DNA of 64,000 bases from Eledone cirrhosa (GCA_964016885.1 OZ024741.1:90396001-90460000); one strand, 5' to 3'; counted from the stretch's first letter, positions 22,881 through 36,463 are shown. Notes: generated from the sequence alone by a model not told the origin. Program-made: numbers and translations.

Positions 22881-25811
22881 ACCTGCAAATTCCAGTCAAC
22901 ATATATATTACATTAAAAAATATAGATATCATGTTTGAAAACATCTCAAATATGCCCCTTATCACTTGTAGAATAAGCTCAAAGAAAATTTCAAGGAATA
23001 AATCCGAGCATTTATTATAAAATACTGAATGACATACAGTATATACATATATAACGATTGATATAATCGTACAATATAACATATCAAGCTTTAACAGGAG
23101 ACAATCTGTATAGAATGTAAAAACATATAGTTCAGTAAGGTAACATAACATTTAAGAAAAAATTTAAATATAGATACCTGGCAAAACTTATACATATTCC
23201 TTCATATGTATCCTCCAAGAGTCATGAATACGTTTCACCAATATCAGTGCAGTTCGATGATCGATCAGGATCGTCAGTGAAAGAAATCGAACCATCTGAA
23301 CTTACATACATTAAATACAGAACTGAGAAAAACGGGAGAAGTACATAGTGTTTGCAAAAACCTATGCGCGCTTACGCTCTCTGTAACGTATTAACCGTAA
23401 ACGTCAAGCGAAGATCGATATGGGTGCTTGGCCTCTGGAATATTGCCTGACGCTCATAGAGCTATACTAGTCCGGTAATATGATCAGTGGAAATTCCATT
23501 CTAGAATTCTACAGAGGACTAGTAGTGGACAAGACCGACAACGTTCTCGGAGAAACTCTGGAGTCGATGAAATCGAACTAACCATTCTGTCCCGGAGAAT
23601 TTTCGAGTGGGAGACTATGGTCAATTTCCAGAAATCTCTGACTTGGCAGAACTACTGGGGAGCACTGCCGGTTCGACGGGCACAGAAGTAACTTAGTGGT
23701 TAAAAGACAAAAGAGCTCAATATTCAGAAGCAGAGCCAATATATATTTATAATTCGTACACACGATATTACATCATCAGTTACCAATGATTTCGTGAATT
23801 AGTAAATATGCATGGATAATGTGTTTATAATTGGCTAAGTGATGAACAACGAAATTCTTTTAAAAAGAAGCGAGAAAAAATTGAACAAAGGAATAAGCAG
23901 GTTAATATGATTAATACCTACTGTGTGTAAATCCACTTCAAATAATCACGCATGCACCCCCCACATTCACAAACAGACACGTGCCTATTTCAACAAAGGG
24001 ATGCTTGTGTAAACATTTATATGCTTCTACACAGAGGTATAAGGTGCATTACACGAACGTAACTGTGCGTGAGAACAAAACATATAAAAATGAGACTATG
24101 GGTGGCAGTGAATAGAAAGTAAAGAGGAAAAATAATGAAAAAAGGAAAGAAAAACAAATAAAATGAAGTGTATAGATTAAAAAAGGATTGGTTAGTATTT
24201 GGTGAGTAAATGCAATGTTGATACATGTTAAAAGAAACCAGTTATATGGAAGAAAAGTGTAATATTTTATAAAGTTCAAGACATCGAAGTTTATAAGAGT
24301 TCAGTTAATGTGAGCTTTATCAGTTATATTTCACTTGTTGTTTGTATGGTGGGCCGATATTTCCAAGAAGAGAACATATATTTTTAGAAATGTAGGCAAT
24401 TCTTGAAGATCTTCATGTTAGATTTAAGGTAGTCACTGGATGATTTTAGTTCATGGGACATGTTAGCTTTTTCACTCGCACTTTTGAGATCCATTGATAT
24501 ATGGTTTACCCTTTTCCAGTATTATCTGATTTATGTTATGGAGTATGCCCGTCTTTTAGAGCCCATACTGTTAAGCCACGATGGCAGATCATTTATTGGA
24601 AACTGAAAAATGGAAATATTTAAGTAGAAAGCATCCTTATCAGAAGCGGTGACATAGCAGACACCCTAGTCAGATCAGACGAAAACTGGGGTAATGTGTG
24701 ACTGAGGCGGCAATATACGACAGAACAAATGCACCTCTTCGCCACCTCTCTCTGACCTTTCTGGAATAGCTTTTTAGCTCATTCCTAGAGATCACATTAA
24801 CCAGTACCAGATTAGACATGTCCATGCCACTGATAATGGCATGGGCCTTCCTGTTTAAGTGTTAATTTGCAAACCCACCGACTTGTGTGTGCTAGGTTTT
24901 GCCCTGTAACCATCTTTTACTCTTGTTAGTCTTTTAAGAACGTCTCGGTATAAATCCAACATACTTCTCTTTGTACCATAGGTATAACAGCTGGATCTTC
25001 TTTTTATTTTTCCCCACCATCGTATCACATATCGCTTTTCAACACGCAATCGAGTACAGATCCAAGGTAGCTGTGGTGATCAAAAGTCATCAGGATATGC
25101 AACTGACCATATATACTATTTTGAACCATCTTGACGCACATCAGCTGCTCTTACAATAAGGAAACGGGGTCTACGAGACACGAGGCTACATTGCAACCAA
25201 TTCTCCTGGCTGTGACTTTCGTGCTACGTCATCTCCTGTATTGCAGCATCAGTTTAAAAACAGGTATTTGGAGCAACAGTTGCTTGTTTTTTTTTACCTC
25301 TTCCTTAAATTCAGCCCTGCCTTAACAATCATTACAACCGCTTCTGCACTCCTAACAAAATATTTTTTTACACTCTTCCACTAAACGTAGCCAATTCAGT
25401 CGTTTCTCTTTCTTTTCTCACCTGTTTGGTCTCAATCCCATACCTAGTTCTAAACACTACGCTGAAACTTAGCTCTCAATAATTGTATCACTCCATAAGG
25501 TCCTTTTCTATGATGAAAAAATTAGATCTGAACAATAAAAATATGTTTACACATTACACTTAGTAAACGGAATATAGAGAGCGAAATCGAGTAAAAGAAA
25601 ATACGAGACCTCTATTGGCCTACCATATCTTTATTCTTTTATTGCCTTAACTTATTTTACACCTTCGATCTCCCGGGGAGTTGAAGAAGCAGCGCTGTTG
25701 TGACATACGGCATCTCAGGCATTTATGTCTTGCGGAGCCTACCTCATTCGTGGTTTGAAAAGCCGATTTCGTCTTCTTCTTGAGAGAGCGAGAGAAGAGA
25801 GAATAGAGTAG

Positions 25812-25859
<48 letters not shown>

Positions 25860-26522
25860 GCCTCAGTACTGGACTAGTACTTTAATTAACGATCTCAAAA
25901 GGATGAAAGGCAACGTTTACATCGGTGAGACTTGAATTCAGAGCACAGAAAGCCGCAAGGGAATTAATCTGAGATTCTAACGGTCGTTTTCTCCTTACAT
26001 TTATTTCATATAGTTTAAGTGGAAACCATATAAAAACTAAAAATTATTGCTTTAAGCTATGACTCTAAGGGAGACTACTATTATTGTCTTAATTTACATC
26101 CCCTTCCTCAGCAACTATAGTTATTTCCCTTATAATTCTCTGCGCGCGAATTTGCTTTCTATAAATAGCAAGCATAAAATATGTCGAAAAATAATAACCA
26201 TTTGATCTTTTATCAACACTGTGGCGTGTCGTAGTATGGTGTTGTGTGGCGTGGTTTAGTTTTGTTCGATCAGATATGACCTTGACTAAACAACCACAAC
26301 TATATAACCTCAGCAACAACACTAACATAGTGTATTTGATTGTATGTGTGTATAGATCTGTAACTATTGATTTGAGTCGTAGGGGCGCCGTTGTAACATA
26401 TGATGTATTGGTTACATTAAACTTAGAAGAGCCCAACCCCTCTCCATTTTTGAACACAGGTGATTTCCTCAAAAGAATGAAACAGTGGGAGCGAGCGAGC
26501 TAGCGAGCGAGAGAGAGAGAGT

Positions 26523-26556
<34 letters not shown>

Positions 26557-27989
26557 GTGTCAGAAAGAGATATACATGAAGAAGGAAAAACGACACCAGT
26601 AGTGGATTGTGGTATTTTTTATCGTCCTAGATTACATTCCGATATGATTATTATTCAACATTTCTTCACTAGACCGAACCAATAATTGTACGACACTACC
26701 CTATTCAATACTTCATATATTTCTGTTTTTTGAAGAAATTATGGAAGCAGTATCACATACAAGTGTTATTAACTCATTAAATTTATGTCTGAGAGAGTCG
26801 TATAACACATTAAAAAGCGTCACTTGAAAACTCTGTGGCAATTTATAGCAGACCAACCAACTCAAACATAACTTTAAGCTGTATACATTTTCTTTTATTG
26901 TTTAGTCAGAAAGAAAATGATATTGCTCATGATTATTTCAAAGGCAATCGAGACTGAGACGACCAGAGTGCTATAGTTGCTATTCACCTACATTCATTTA
27001 TATTTATCCTTGATTGTATACATCTTAGCATAGTATTTGGTGCAAATAGGTTAATAAGAGCATTTCCAGGTAGTCGTTTGACCTATTAGAAAGAACTGCT
27101 AAATATTTTTAAAAAATCCACCCGAAAATGTTACAGAACCCTACAGAAACATTTTAACTCATCTACTGCTTAATGAACACAACCACAAGGATATGGTCCG
27201 AACGTGGAACAGCCGAACTCCCACTGTCATCAGCCCCATCTCTCTCGCCCTCCCCATCTCTCTGTATGGTGAGCAAATGGGGTCTCACGTGCTGGCCTCC
27301 CCACAGCCCCGGCGGACAGAATGGAGAAGGCGTTTACCCGGAGGATGGTAAGGGAGATGCGCTGGAAGAGCCATTACAGCTCGCGAAGCTCACACCTGCG
27401 GCTGGCCAGCTCAGCGCCTATGGTGGTGAGTAGGGCCAAGGACACCAGAAGTCTCCACTTACAAATTTAACGGAATTATTAGAGCGGTATCTATCATAGC
27501 TCTATGCGTTCTAAGTTCAACTCCCGTTTTGTTTTGCCACTAGTAAAAATGTTTCATGATAGGATTGGAGCCCTATCCTTAAAATACACACGATACCTTC
27601 TACGAGATGCAACCTCATTGGAAGCCGGTAAACCTGCGCGAGTGTGAGCTGTAACAAGGAATAACACATATAAGAGAGTTCTTAAAGGACTTCAGTGATT
27701 TGAAGGAATGCTACATTTCTGGGACTTGCTCGTTCCTTGACCACAATAAAAACACATATATATAGTGGAATGGATCTTCTTCAGTTTCGACGATGATCGT
27801 TCTAGTTGTTAGATCAATTGAACTGCCCTCTCGTCAAATTAACGCGTATGTGTCTGGGCATTTCACAGACACATGTAAACTAAATTTATTTATAAGGTAT
27901 GTGTTGGTCGGAGGCTATGGTAATGACGCTCGCAGTTCGTTCTGAAATCATTAGGTCTCATAAAATTGGACAGATGAAAACTTTCGATC

Positions 27990-28185
27990 CCCACTAGATG
28001 GACTGTACCTGTAATTCAAAAGACCAGCCTTGTCACATAACATGTCACCCTGAATCTCCGCGAGAAATGCTTTAGGAGTGCATGCGACTGTGGAATGCTC
28101 AGTCACTTACCCATTAATTTCAGGAGCAGGCTATTCCATCGATCGAACAACTGGAACACCCATCGTCGAAACCGATGGAATACCA
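27990..28185 (+). mobile_element. Second SINE-like family (copies at about 27770 -, 29490, 34500 -, 36740, 40385-40710)
   Basis: Shared gatggactgtacctgtaattcaaa...gccttgtcaca...gatcgaacaactggaacac; tRNA-like head in the 40385 copy. Confidence 0.65.
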
Positions 28186-29619
28186 TCGATAAAACTAAAA
28201 AGTAAGAACCTTGATTATTGTTATTTTCGCTGATACTTGTGAGAAAACATGAATTTTATAAAATTTCCTTTTGCTCCTCTCTCTTAGAAGACAGATATCA
28301 AAAATAAAGAAAATGTCTGAAGCATAATGTTATTCCATGTTATTTCGCATAGACTCTTTATATGTATTGGAGGTCACTGTATTCGTCACCATGAGGAGAT
28401 AGCAAGTGAGCTTGTTCTATAGAAACCATCAGATGGATACACAAACAGGGGCAGAAGGAAAAAAAATTACATTAATAACCTGCTGGAAGTTAGCAGATTG
28501 GAGAGTTCAGAGCACCGATGATAGATAGAGAGCTTTTGAGAGTGTGTAAAGACAGATGGGCGACCTGGGAATCGGCTTAGTTAGTTATATAGATATTTCT
28601 CTAGATATTTTTTCGACTTAGCCGTTTTCAATTTAAAGCTGTTGGTTTTTTTTAGGCTTACTTATCTGTTCTCACGAAATGCTGATCGAACGATTAGCTC
28701 TGGCCATCGGCACCTAGGCTTAATTTGAACTCAGAAACCATAGAGCTGGAATATACCTCGATCGATGCTCTAATAATCCCGCCAACCCATCGTCCTGGAC
28801 TGACACTTTATTCATCTATCCCGAAAGGATGAAATACCAAAGTGATCTATGGTGGTTTTGATCTCGGGATATAGAGTCAGAATAAATACGGTGAAGGAGT
28901 CTATCCGACGCTCTAATGATTTTGCTAACTCAACGCCTTTCATGGTACTAATGATCAATAGAAAGTTTATACATTTAATGTTGTTTAGCTCCATGTCATT
29001 ATGATCAAACTGACCTATCATCAAATTTATTACATCCATGACCAAGAAATATTTCTTCTTTAAGCATCCCGCATATAGGACTAAATATCCAATGTATCCT
29101 TTCTTTTTTTAGGAGTAGCGTGTGATAAGTAAACTATTTTACTGCTATTTCTAGCAGGCCATGCGGCCACATAGAGACTTCCTTGTTGACCTAAGAAAGT
29201 TTATTTTGCAACTGTTACCATCTGTTACCATCTGTTTGATATTGGGATCAAATAAGGTAGCAAAGCACTATATTTTTAGAATTAATTAATAAAGAGCGTT
29301 TATTACTATATCTGAAGCCCATAATATCTCATATAATCAAATGGTCTTCCAGACACCAATCATGGTTGGTAAATGCGCATTACAGTTTTCAAGTGTTAAT
29401 TTCTGTTTCCTTTAAGAAATATGACACACTACCGTATTCTTATGGCCTCAACTTTTGGATTTTGAAAAGTCATTGATTTTTGTAAGGTTGTGAGTTCGAT
29501 TTCCGACCTGAGCCACACGTTGTACCCTTGAGTAAAACAAAGCAATTCCCGTTGTTTCAGTCCAGTGAGTTGTATCTGTAATTCAAAGGGCTAGCCTTGT
29601 CACACACTGTCGCATGTGG

Positions 29620-30170
29620 GACGGATCTGGCTATCAACCGAATTCATATTGAAGATCACCCTGTCGCCTTCTTTTGGCCAGGAAGGGCACGCAGTTTTCC
29701 CCTGTCTGGTGGCCGTTGCGAAAGAGCTTGTGTGGTGGACGAGGTTGAAAAGACTGCAGAGAGACATTTTTCTCTTTATCAACTTTTTCAAGTTTCACTT
29801 GGTAGGAAGGTGAGGATGGAGAGGGAAGTTCTGCACCCCCCACCCAATACAGTTGCTAAAAAGTGGGCAAATGTTGCAAGAATGGCTCGTGTGAATGGGC
29901 CTACTCTGACCATGTGCATGCAGGCTAGTTGATTTGAAGAGAAGCAGGGTGCCCTCCCCAGCTTCTCTCGGAGCCTCGGGTGATCCAGGATTGATGGGGT
30001 TCTTGAGTCGCCCCTGGGTGGTTCTCCCTCCTATTTGGGAATTTATATTGTTATAGTTTTCTTATTGATTATTATTGTTTTTTTATATTGTTTGTTAAAG
30101 TTTTATTACTCCCCACTATCACTGTCTTTTGTATTGTGCCCTATACGTCGGTCCTTGAGCCTAAACCAGA
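29620..30170 (+). mobile_element. Probable Tx1/L1-like LINE 3' end
   Basis: CLVAVAKELVWWTRLK...FFKFHL...RKVR.ER...KKW resembles Tx1-type ORF2 C-termini; ends in an (ATT)n tail. Confidence 0.45.
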
Positions 30171-30199
30171 AACCGTTATTATTATTATTGTTACTATTA

Positions 30200-30415
30200 G
30201 GACGGTGGATTGGCAGTATCGGTAGAGGGTCGGACACCATGCTTTGCAGCATAGAACTATGGCCCTTTATGATCTGAGTTCAAATCCCGCCGAGTTTAAC
30301 TTTGCCTTTCATCCTTACGGGGTCGGTAAAATAAAGTACCAGTCAGGCACTGGGTTTGATTTCATCGATTTTCCCCTCCTCCCGAATTGCTGGCCTTGTG
30401 CCTATATAAGAAACC
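30200..30415 (+). mobile_element. tRNA-derived SINE
   Basis: Full head, B-box and core as at 20332. Confidence 0.9.
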
Positions 30416-30479
30416 ATTATTATTGTAACTATTTTTGTTTCTTCGCTCAGTTTCTAACGCTGGAGATGTAGTACAGTGT

Positions 30480-31850
30480 TAGCTGTTCATTAGCAGTCAA
30501 CTGAGGTAACATCCCTTATTTTTCGAGTACCCTCCGGAGTATTCGAACTGGTTCCAAGCAATGCTGTTTTGTAAGTGCTCCATCCGTATTGCAATCCCTA
30601 TTTTTTGTTTAATGTAATTCCCAAGACTCCAACTATTATTGGTATTACCACCACCTTTTTCAGTGACTACAGCTGCTTAATCTCCCAAGCTAACCTGACA
30701 TATATAGCAATTGTTTTCCTTCTTTATCACACACCTTGTTATCAGCTGGACAGGCTATATCTATGATCCAACACTGTTTGCTTTCTTTCTCAATACAATA
30801 TCTGGTCTCTTATGTTCAATCTCATTGTTACATTGTATCACAAAGTCCAAAAAGATCTTTGCATCATCATTTTTTATAACGCCCTCAGGGTTATGTTCGT
30901 ACCACTTTTCTGCTCTGTCAAATGTATATTTGCCACAGCTTGCCCAATGGACTCCTCATGCCATATATGCTATACAGTTTCTCTATTTATGCCACAAATT
31001 CTACACTTATCACTTTATGTTGGGTGGTCTACTCTGTGCTTGTAGTTAGTTTTCAGTGCTTGTTCTTGAGCAGCATAGATCAAGGTCTGTTTCCAATTTT
31101 AGATCACTTTTAGCCCTTTTTCTCTGTCTGTGCTATCTTCAACATCTCTATGGAATTGTCCATACATTCTTTTTTTCTGTTTCATCCAACTTCAAATGCT
31201 TGCACTGTGTTTTTTCTTTACAATCTCTTTGAACATCTCTTACCTTCTTACTTCTAGCAACAGGGGTTCTGTGGAATTTTTTATGTATCACGCTATGCTA
31301 TTTTCGTCTCTTCTTCCTCTTTTTCATGGAACATATAATCTGTCTGTGTCGATCTTATTCCGTCCATTCAGTTTCCACTTAAGTGTAAGTCTCAGTCTGT
31401 GCATATATCTCACCCTAAATTTTTATTTCCTTTCCATCTGTATTATCTCATCAACTTCCAATATCTCTAAGTACTTATAATTTTCATCTTCTATTTGCTT
31501 CATAACCTTTCCTGGTGGCAACACCAATCCCTAAATGCTTTTAATTTTGCCTCTGTTCAAGATTAATGTACCACACTTTTTAAATCTGATGTCAGCACTA
31601 AATGTATATACCGTATCAACGAGGGAACCTAGCTGGGATTCATTCTTACTATAAAACACAAGGTCGTCCATGAATGATAAGTGGTAGACCTTTTGCTGGC
31701 GATTTTTGAATTCATACCCAGCCTCAGCTTTTTCCAAAAGCATTATCAGTGGTATGATGCACAGTAGAAACATCAGTGGTGACAGGCTGTTCTCTTGGAA
31801 TATATTGTTTCTAAATTTCCTATATATGCTGTCAGTTAAGTCTTCCACTC
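30480..31850 (-). mobile_element. Decayed R4/Dong-like retrotransposon
   Basis: IFQENSLSPLMF, HLSFMDDL, YKYL remnants; 3' VVVIPIIVGVLG. Confidence 0.8.
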
Positions 31851-31930
31851 TTTCATACTTTCCCTTAAGAATTGCTCACAAAAGTAGCCCCAACAATGCA
31901 CTCAAACACAGAAATAGGGCCGATGCTTAT

Positions 31931-31960
<30 letters not shown>

Positions 31961-31962
<2 letters not shown>

Positions 31963-32356
31963 TAGTATCAGTGCTCTGAAATAGCGATGTATGTATGAAT
32001 GTATGTATAGTATATTTGGTAATATACTGTATGTTTATTTAAAAACATCGCTATTTCAGAGCACTGACACTAATTTCTCATTTTTGCTGGACCGGCAACT
32101 GTTCTGCTTAATCAGCTCTTAAACATCACTGGAATTCTATAAGTATCCAGCTTCGATAAGTCTCGGCAGAAGCGGAGGGATAAGCAATCTTGATAACCGT
32201 TAACAAACGAGAAACAGCTGTCGGTTGCTTCCCTTTGTTTTTGCCGAGACAAAGTAAGTGACATAGTCAGTACTTTAAAACTCATAGCGAATGGTCTTCA
32301 AAATGTTTTAAAATAAACATACAGTATATTATCAAATATACTATACCTACATTCAT
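31961..32356. mobile_element. Fold-back HHR element, family B (related to 55393-55810)
   Basis: Hairpin 31961-32074; 31995-32045 inverted at 32310-32356; shared block tttttgctggaccggcaac...ctggaattctataag; (TA)n flanks. Confidence 0.8.
32160..32250 (+). ncRNA. Type I hammerhead ribozyme, UUGAUAA (C3U/G8A) core variant
   Basis: aagcaatc TTGATAA c cgtt-aaca-aacg a GAAA cagctg TC | ggttgctt; stem I extended by ggga/tccc and gtctcggcag/ttgccgagac; predicted GUC cut after 32222. Confidence 0.8.
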
Positions 32357-32464
32357 ATATATATATATATACCCATAATCTCAAAAATCACAACAAAACA
32401 GTATATTTTTTGTTGAATCACCAGTCTGAACAGCAAATCAATAGTGGATTCCGGCCCATAACTT

Positions 32465-32510
32465 CCCTAGATGAACCGGAGCCAATCCTCTGCGAAACGC
32501 GCGTAATAGG
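32465..32510 (+). ncRNA. Decayed hammerhead motif
   Basis: ccta-GATGA a ccggag-ccaatc-ctctgc GAAA cgcgcg TA atagg; the CT of the core is missing. Confidence 0.5.
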
Positions 32511-32556
32511 TCGTTAGACAATAAAAACCTAAATACATGTAAACGAAACTTCAACG

Positions 32557-32579
<23 letters not shown>

Positions 32580-32592
<13 letters not shown>

Positions 32593-33164
32593 CTGAAAGT
32601 CTGTGATTGCTAGCTTGCTTGCTTGCTTGTCTGTAATGTAATACAGACAAAAGGGCGCACAATGGGAAAATACTTTGAAAGGAAGTTGACCCTGAAATGG
32701 GAATACAAATGGAATAAAAGAAGTTTCGCATAAATCGGACCACGGATTCCCTAGATATGGGTTTTTTCCGGGTACCTTCATAAACAAAGAGAGAGAAAGA
32801 TAGTGAGGAAGAGATAGTGGTTGTGACAGAGTAGATTGAAAGAGAGACATAGGGAGAGGGAGGGGAGGCATAGAAGGAGAATGGAAGAGAGCTGGTGGTG
32901 TTGTTGTGTATATATATGTGTGTGTGTGTCTATGACCAGTGTATATAGATCACAGACACCCACATATATATCTTCACACACACATACATATATATATTTA
33001 TATATATATATATACATACACACACGTATATATATGGGCCTTCCAGTTTCACATTATATAAATGTCTGTGTATATTTTAATTATTTAAAAATTATTTTTA
33101 AGTGAACATGATTAAAAAAAAATATTATGAAGTGAATGTGACCAAACGGGTCACGGGTGATCTA

Positions 33165-33165
<1 letters not shown>
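32580..33165 (+). mobile_element. Non-autonomous Helitron-like element
   Basis: 3' hairpin gtgacc-aaacg-ggtcac then gggtgatCTAG|T(A)n; the 5' end merges into (TA)n. Confidence 0.6.
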
Positions 33166-33226
<61 letters not shown>

Positions 33227-34709
33227 GTGTGTGCGTGTGTATGTATATAGTATAGAAAATTACACATCAGTATATATGATATATAGTATATAAAAATATA
33301 CATAAGCATATATGATATAAAGACTCTATTGCTAATATATTAGTACACGAAATGCAAAATGTTAAGTCTATGAGAGAAAACTTTCTTAATAGTAGACTTG
33401 TTATTAATATAAATGGGCGTGATCAAATAACTATGATTGACGGTTTTACTTCTGATATAACTGCGTGCAAATGGATATCTAGGTCAATTGTATTGAATTG
33501 ACCAGAATAGATGACTCAATACAACATGACGTTCTACAAAAGAAGGATAAGGTAACGAATAATCCTCGATCGACATGAAGTTGACAGTGAGAGTGGCATT
33601 AACTGGGAGTAACCATTTAGCTGCACTTAAACATTAACTAAGATTAATGGTTTGACTAATGCACGATAAAAAACCCCTCAAATAAAGAATACTTGTTTTT
33701 CTCTTTTAGTCATGGAGGGAAGGGCAAGCCTGTGGAGGTATATTTTTCAGATTCTCAAAATCTGGTGCGAAGAAATTACTCCCAAGCCGGAAACCCAAAT
33801 GCTAGCAACAGAATGAAATTCAATAAATGGACCCACGGTTCCAGGTGGTGGTATTAAACCAGATGACATTAAATCTACCGCACAAGGTTTCAGGACATAA
33901 AGAACCGGAACAGATATCGCAAGGCATCCCGTCTGACTTTGTGACATTTCTGCCAATTCACTACCCTGGATTGATTCTTTTTTATCGACCCCAAAAGATG
34001 AAAGACAAAATTGACATCGATTGCATTTGAACTTAGACTGTAGAGAGCCGAAATATATACCCACAAGTCATTTTATCTAACATTTTAGTGGTTCTGCTAG
34101 TGCACCACCCCTTGATGAGGTTATAATAGTGTCAGAACATCTTCAGTGACGTCTCCCATACTTGCCGAATTAATGAATATAATACTACTAATTGATTAAT
34201 AGACTTTTTCATCTTCAACAAACAATTATATCTAATTAACCTTTTGATGCGTTCTTCATTAAAGGTTTCTACAGATTGAACTGATGTTACTTGCTTTTAT
34301 AAAATTTATTTTGTCAATTTATTTCTACTTAATAAATTCTTCGAAAGTGTCGAAGCAGTGTAGTGAATATTTAGTAAAAAAACGTTGGATATTCCGTTTT
34401 AACCTAAATGTACTAGAATGTCTTTGGTATAGGATTACCATCTTGGTATTGGTTAGAATCAGTAGTTCCGGGTAGTGATGAGATCATACGTCGGGTTTGA
34501 CGCCGAGTATTCAGTTATTCGATCAACGGAAATATATGATCATTGAATTAGGGTGTTAGTAATTGAGTATTCCACAGATACGTGTAATTTTAACATAAAT
34601 CTCAGTTAGAACCAATGCGAAACGATATGTGAAAAAGCTAGGCTAGACGTTTGAATTACAGATACAATCCCTCTGGCGGGCTTCCATACGATTTTGTCTA
34701 CCCTATTTT

Positions 34710-35660
34710 ACTCACGGCGAATTGCCAGAGTCGTTATAACATCAGATAGAATGGCAGAGTCGTTATAACATCAGATAGAATGGCAGAGTCGTTATAACAT
34801 CAGATAGAATACTTTATGGTATTCATTCTGGCTCTCTGTTCTCTGAGTTCAAATCCCGCCGAGGTCAACTTTGTCTTTCATCCTTTCGAGGTCGATAAAA
34901 ATAGTACCAGTCTTGTACTGGATTCTTCGTCTCTCTGAAGGAAATCTGCTGTACTCAGGCCTGGAGAGGGATGGATTCCGCCAGGCTTAAAATGCCCTAC
35001 GACTCTATCAGGAGTTACGAGATCATACCATACCATTTTAGTCACAAAGCTTCGGTCGATCCAAGACTTCAGTCGATGCAAATACTCGACAAGATTCAGT
35101 GCGATCGAATCCGGAACTTATTTGTAGTGCAGGAATATAAACAATTAAATCCACCGACGGTAATTAATTGTTTCTACTTTCGGCACAAGGCCAGCAATTA
35201 ACCAGTACATTACTGGTACTTTATTTTATCGACCCCGTAAGGATGAAAGGCAAAGTTAACCTCGGCGGGATTTGAACTCAGACTGTAAAGGGACGTAACT
35301 ATGCTAGAAAGCATGGCATCCAACCCTCTACCGATACTGCCAATTCACCACCCTTGGTAATTAATGATAATTATTTTGTCGACTCTTGTGTATTGGAACT
35401 CAAAATATAAGTGGATGTAACTAAATACAGCCACTGGATTAGCATGGCTCTCTACTGTTTCTGTTTCTCTATCATCTTTAAAGAAATTTAACTATTGCGA
35501 TGTTTACTTACAGGCGGCGAATTGACAGAGACGTCAGAACGTCGGATAGAATGCTTTGTGGTATTCAATTCTGCTCTCTGAGTTCAAATCTCGCCGAGAT
35601 CAACTTTGCCATTAATCCATTCTAGGTCGATAAAAAAGTACCAGTCAAGTACTGGGCCGA
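34710..35660. mobile_element. Three SINEs in +/-/+ orientation (34710-34920, 35165-35352, 35512-35660)
   Basis: SINE core on alternating strands; the first copy has a triplicated 29-bp head segment (ggcagagtcgttataacatcagatagaat). Confidence 0.85.
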
Positions 35661-35845
35661 TTCTTCCCCTATATCTCTATATCTCTTTCTCACTTCTATT
35701 ATCTCGTTCTCTATTCTCCTCTGGAGGAAATCTGTTGTATTCAAACCTGGAGAAGATTGGGCTTCATCAGGTTTAAAAGGCCATAGAAACAGCGTCACTA
35801 CAACCCCCTCAGAAGCTACGGGACCACGCATGCATGTTTACGTAT

Positions 35846-36463
35846 ATCCATATAACTATGTAACTATGGTGAAAGTTTTATTTTTAAGCAAGTCAAAATA
35901 AATATTTATAGCTCTCAAATTTTAAAGCAAAATAGAATTTATCATTGCACATCCTGTAATAGCTTTATATTTTGCATTTGTTGTTCAAGGACGGCGTGGC
36001 AGCCGCTTAAATATTTAAAAATACCACTTTTAGACTCAAATTTCCACTTTTTCGGCTCTAGCTCCCACATTAGTCAACCTTAGGTTGTTCAAATTTTACA
36101 CTACGCTAGATCTGATTATTTCACGTCTTAAAGTGCTTTACATTTTGGATTTTTTGCTCAGGAGCGGCGTGGCAGCCGCTTAAATATTTGAAAATACCAC
36201 CTTTTCGCTCAAATTTCCGCCTTTTCGGCTCTAGCTCCCACATTTTTCAACCGATTTCGTTCAACTTCGAAACTCCCTCCCCCATCATGCCGTTCGTCAG
36301 TGACCCACGTTTCTCGGTGATAGAGGTCATCACCACCCTTCCCCGCATGGCCTGTGTGTGGCCATAGATGGGTCATCGAGAAGCAGTCGCTAAGATCAAC
36401 ACCTTTTCATCAAAGCAGATATTATTTTACCTACCCAGGCAACACGCTGGGTACTGCTGCTAG
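35846..36463 (+). mobile_element. Non-autonomous Helitron-like element with internal 85-bp direct repeats
   Basis: Hairpin tacccag/ctgggta then ctgctgCTAG|T(A)n; repeats at about 35986-36071 and 36159-36244; 5' TC position uncertain. Confidence 0.65.

Noticed and set aside
24500-25500. GC-richer, possibly coding-derived block
   Set aside because: Only vague similarity to retroelement proteins; cannot be assigned without a search.
34720-34810. Three 29-bp direct repeats resembling a CRISPR array
   Set aside because: No spacers; tandem duplication inside a SINE head in eukaryotic DNA.
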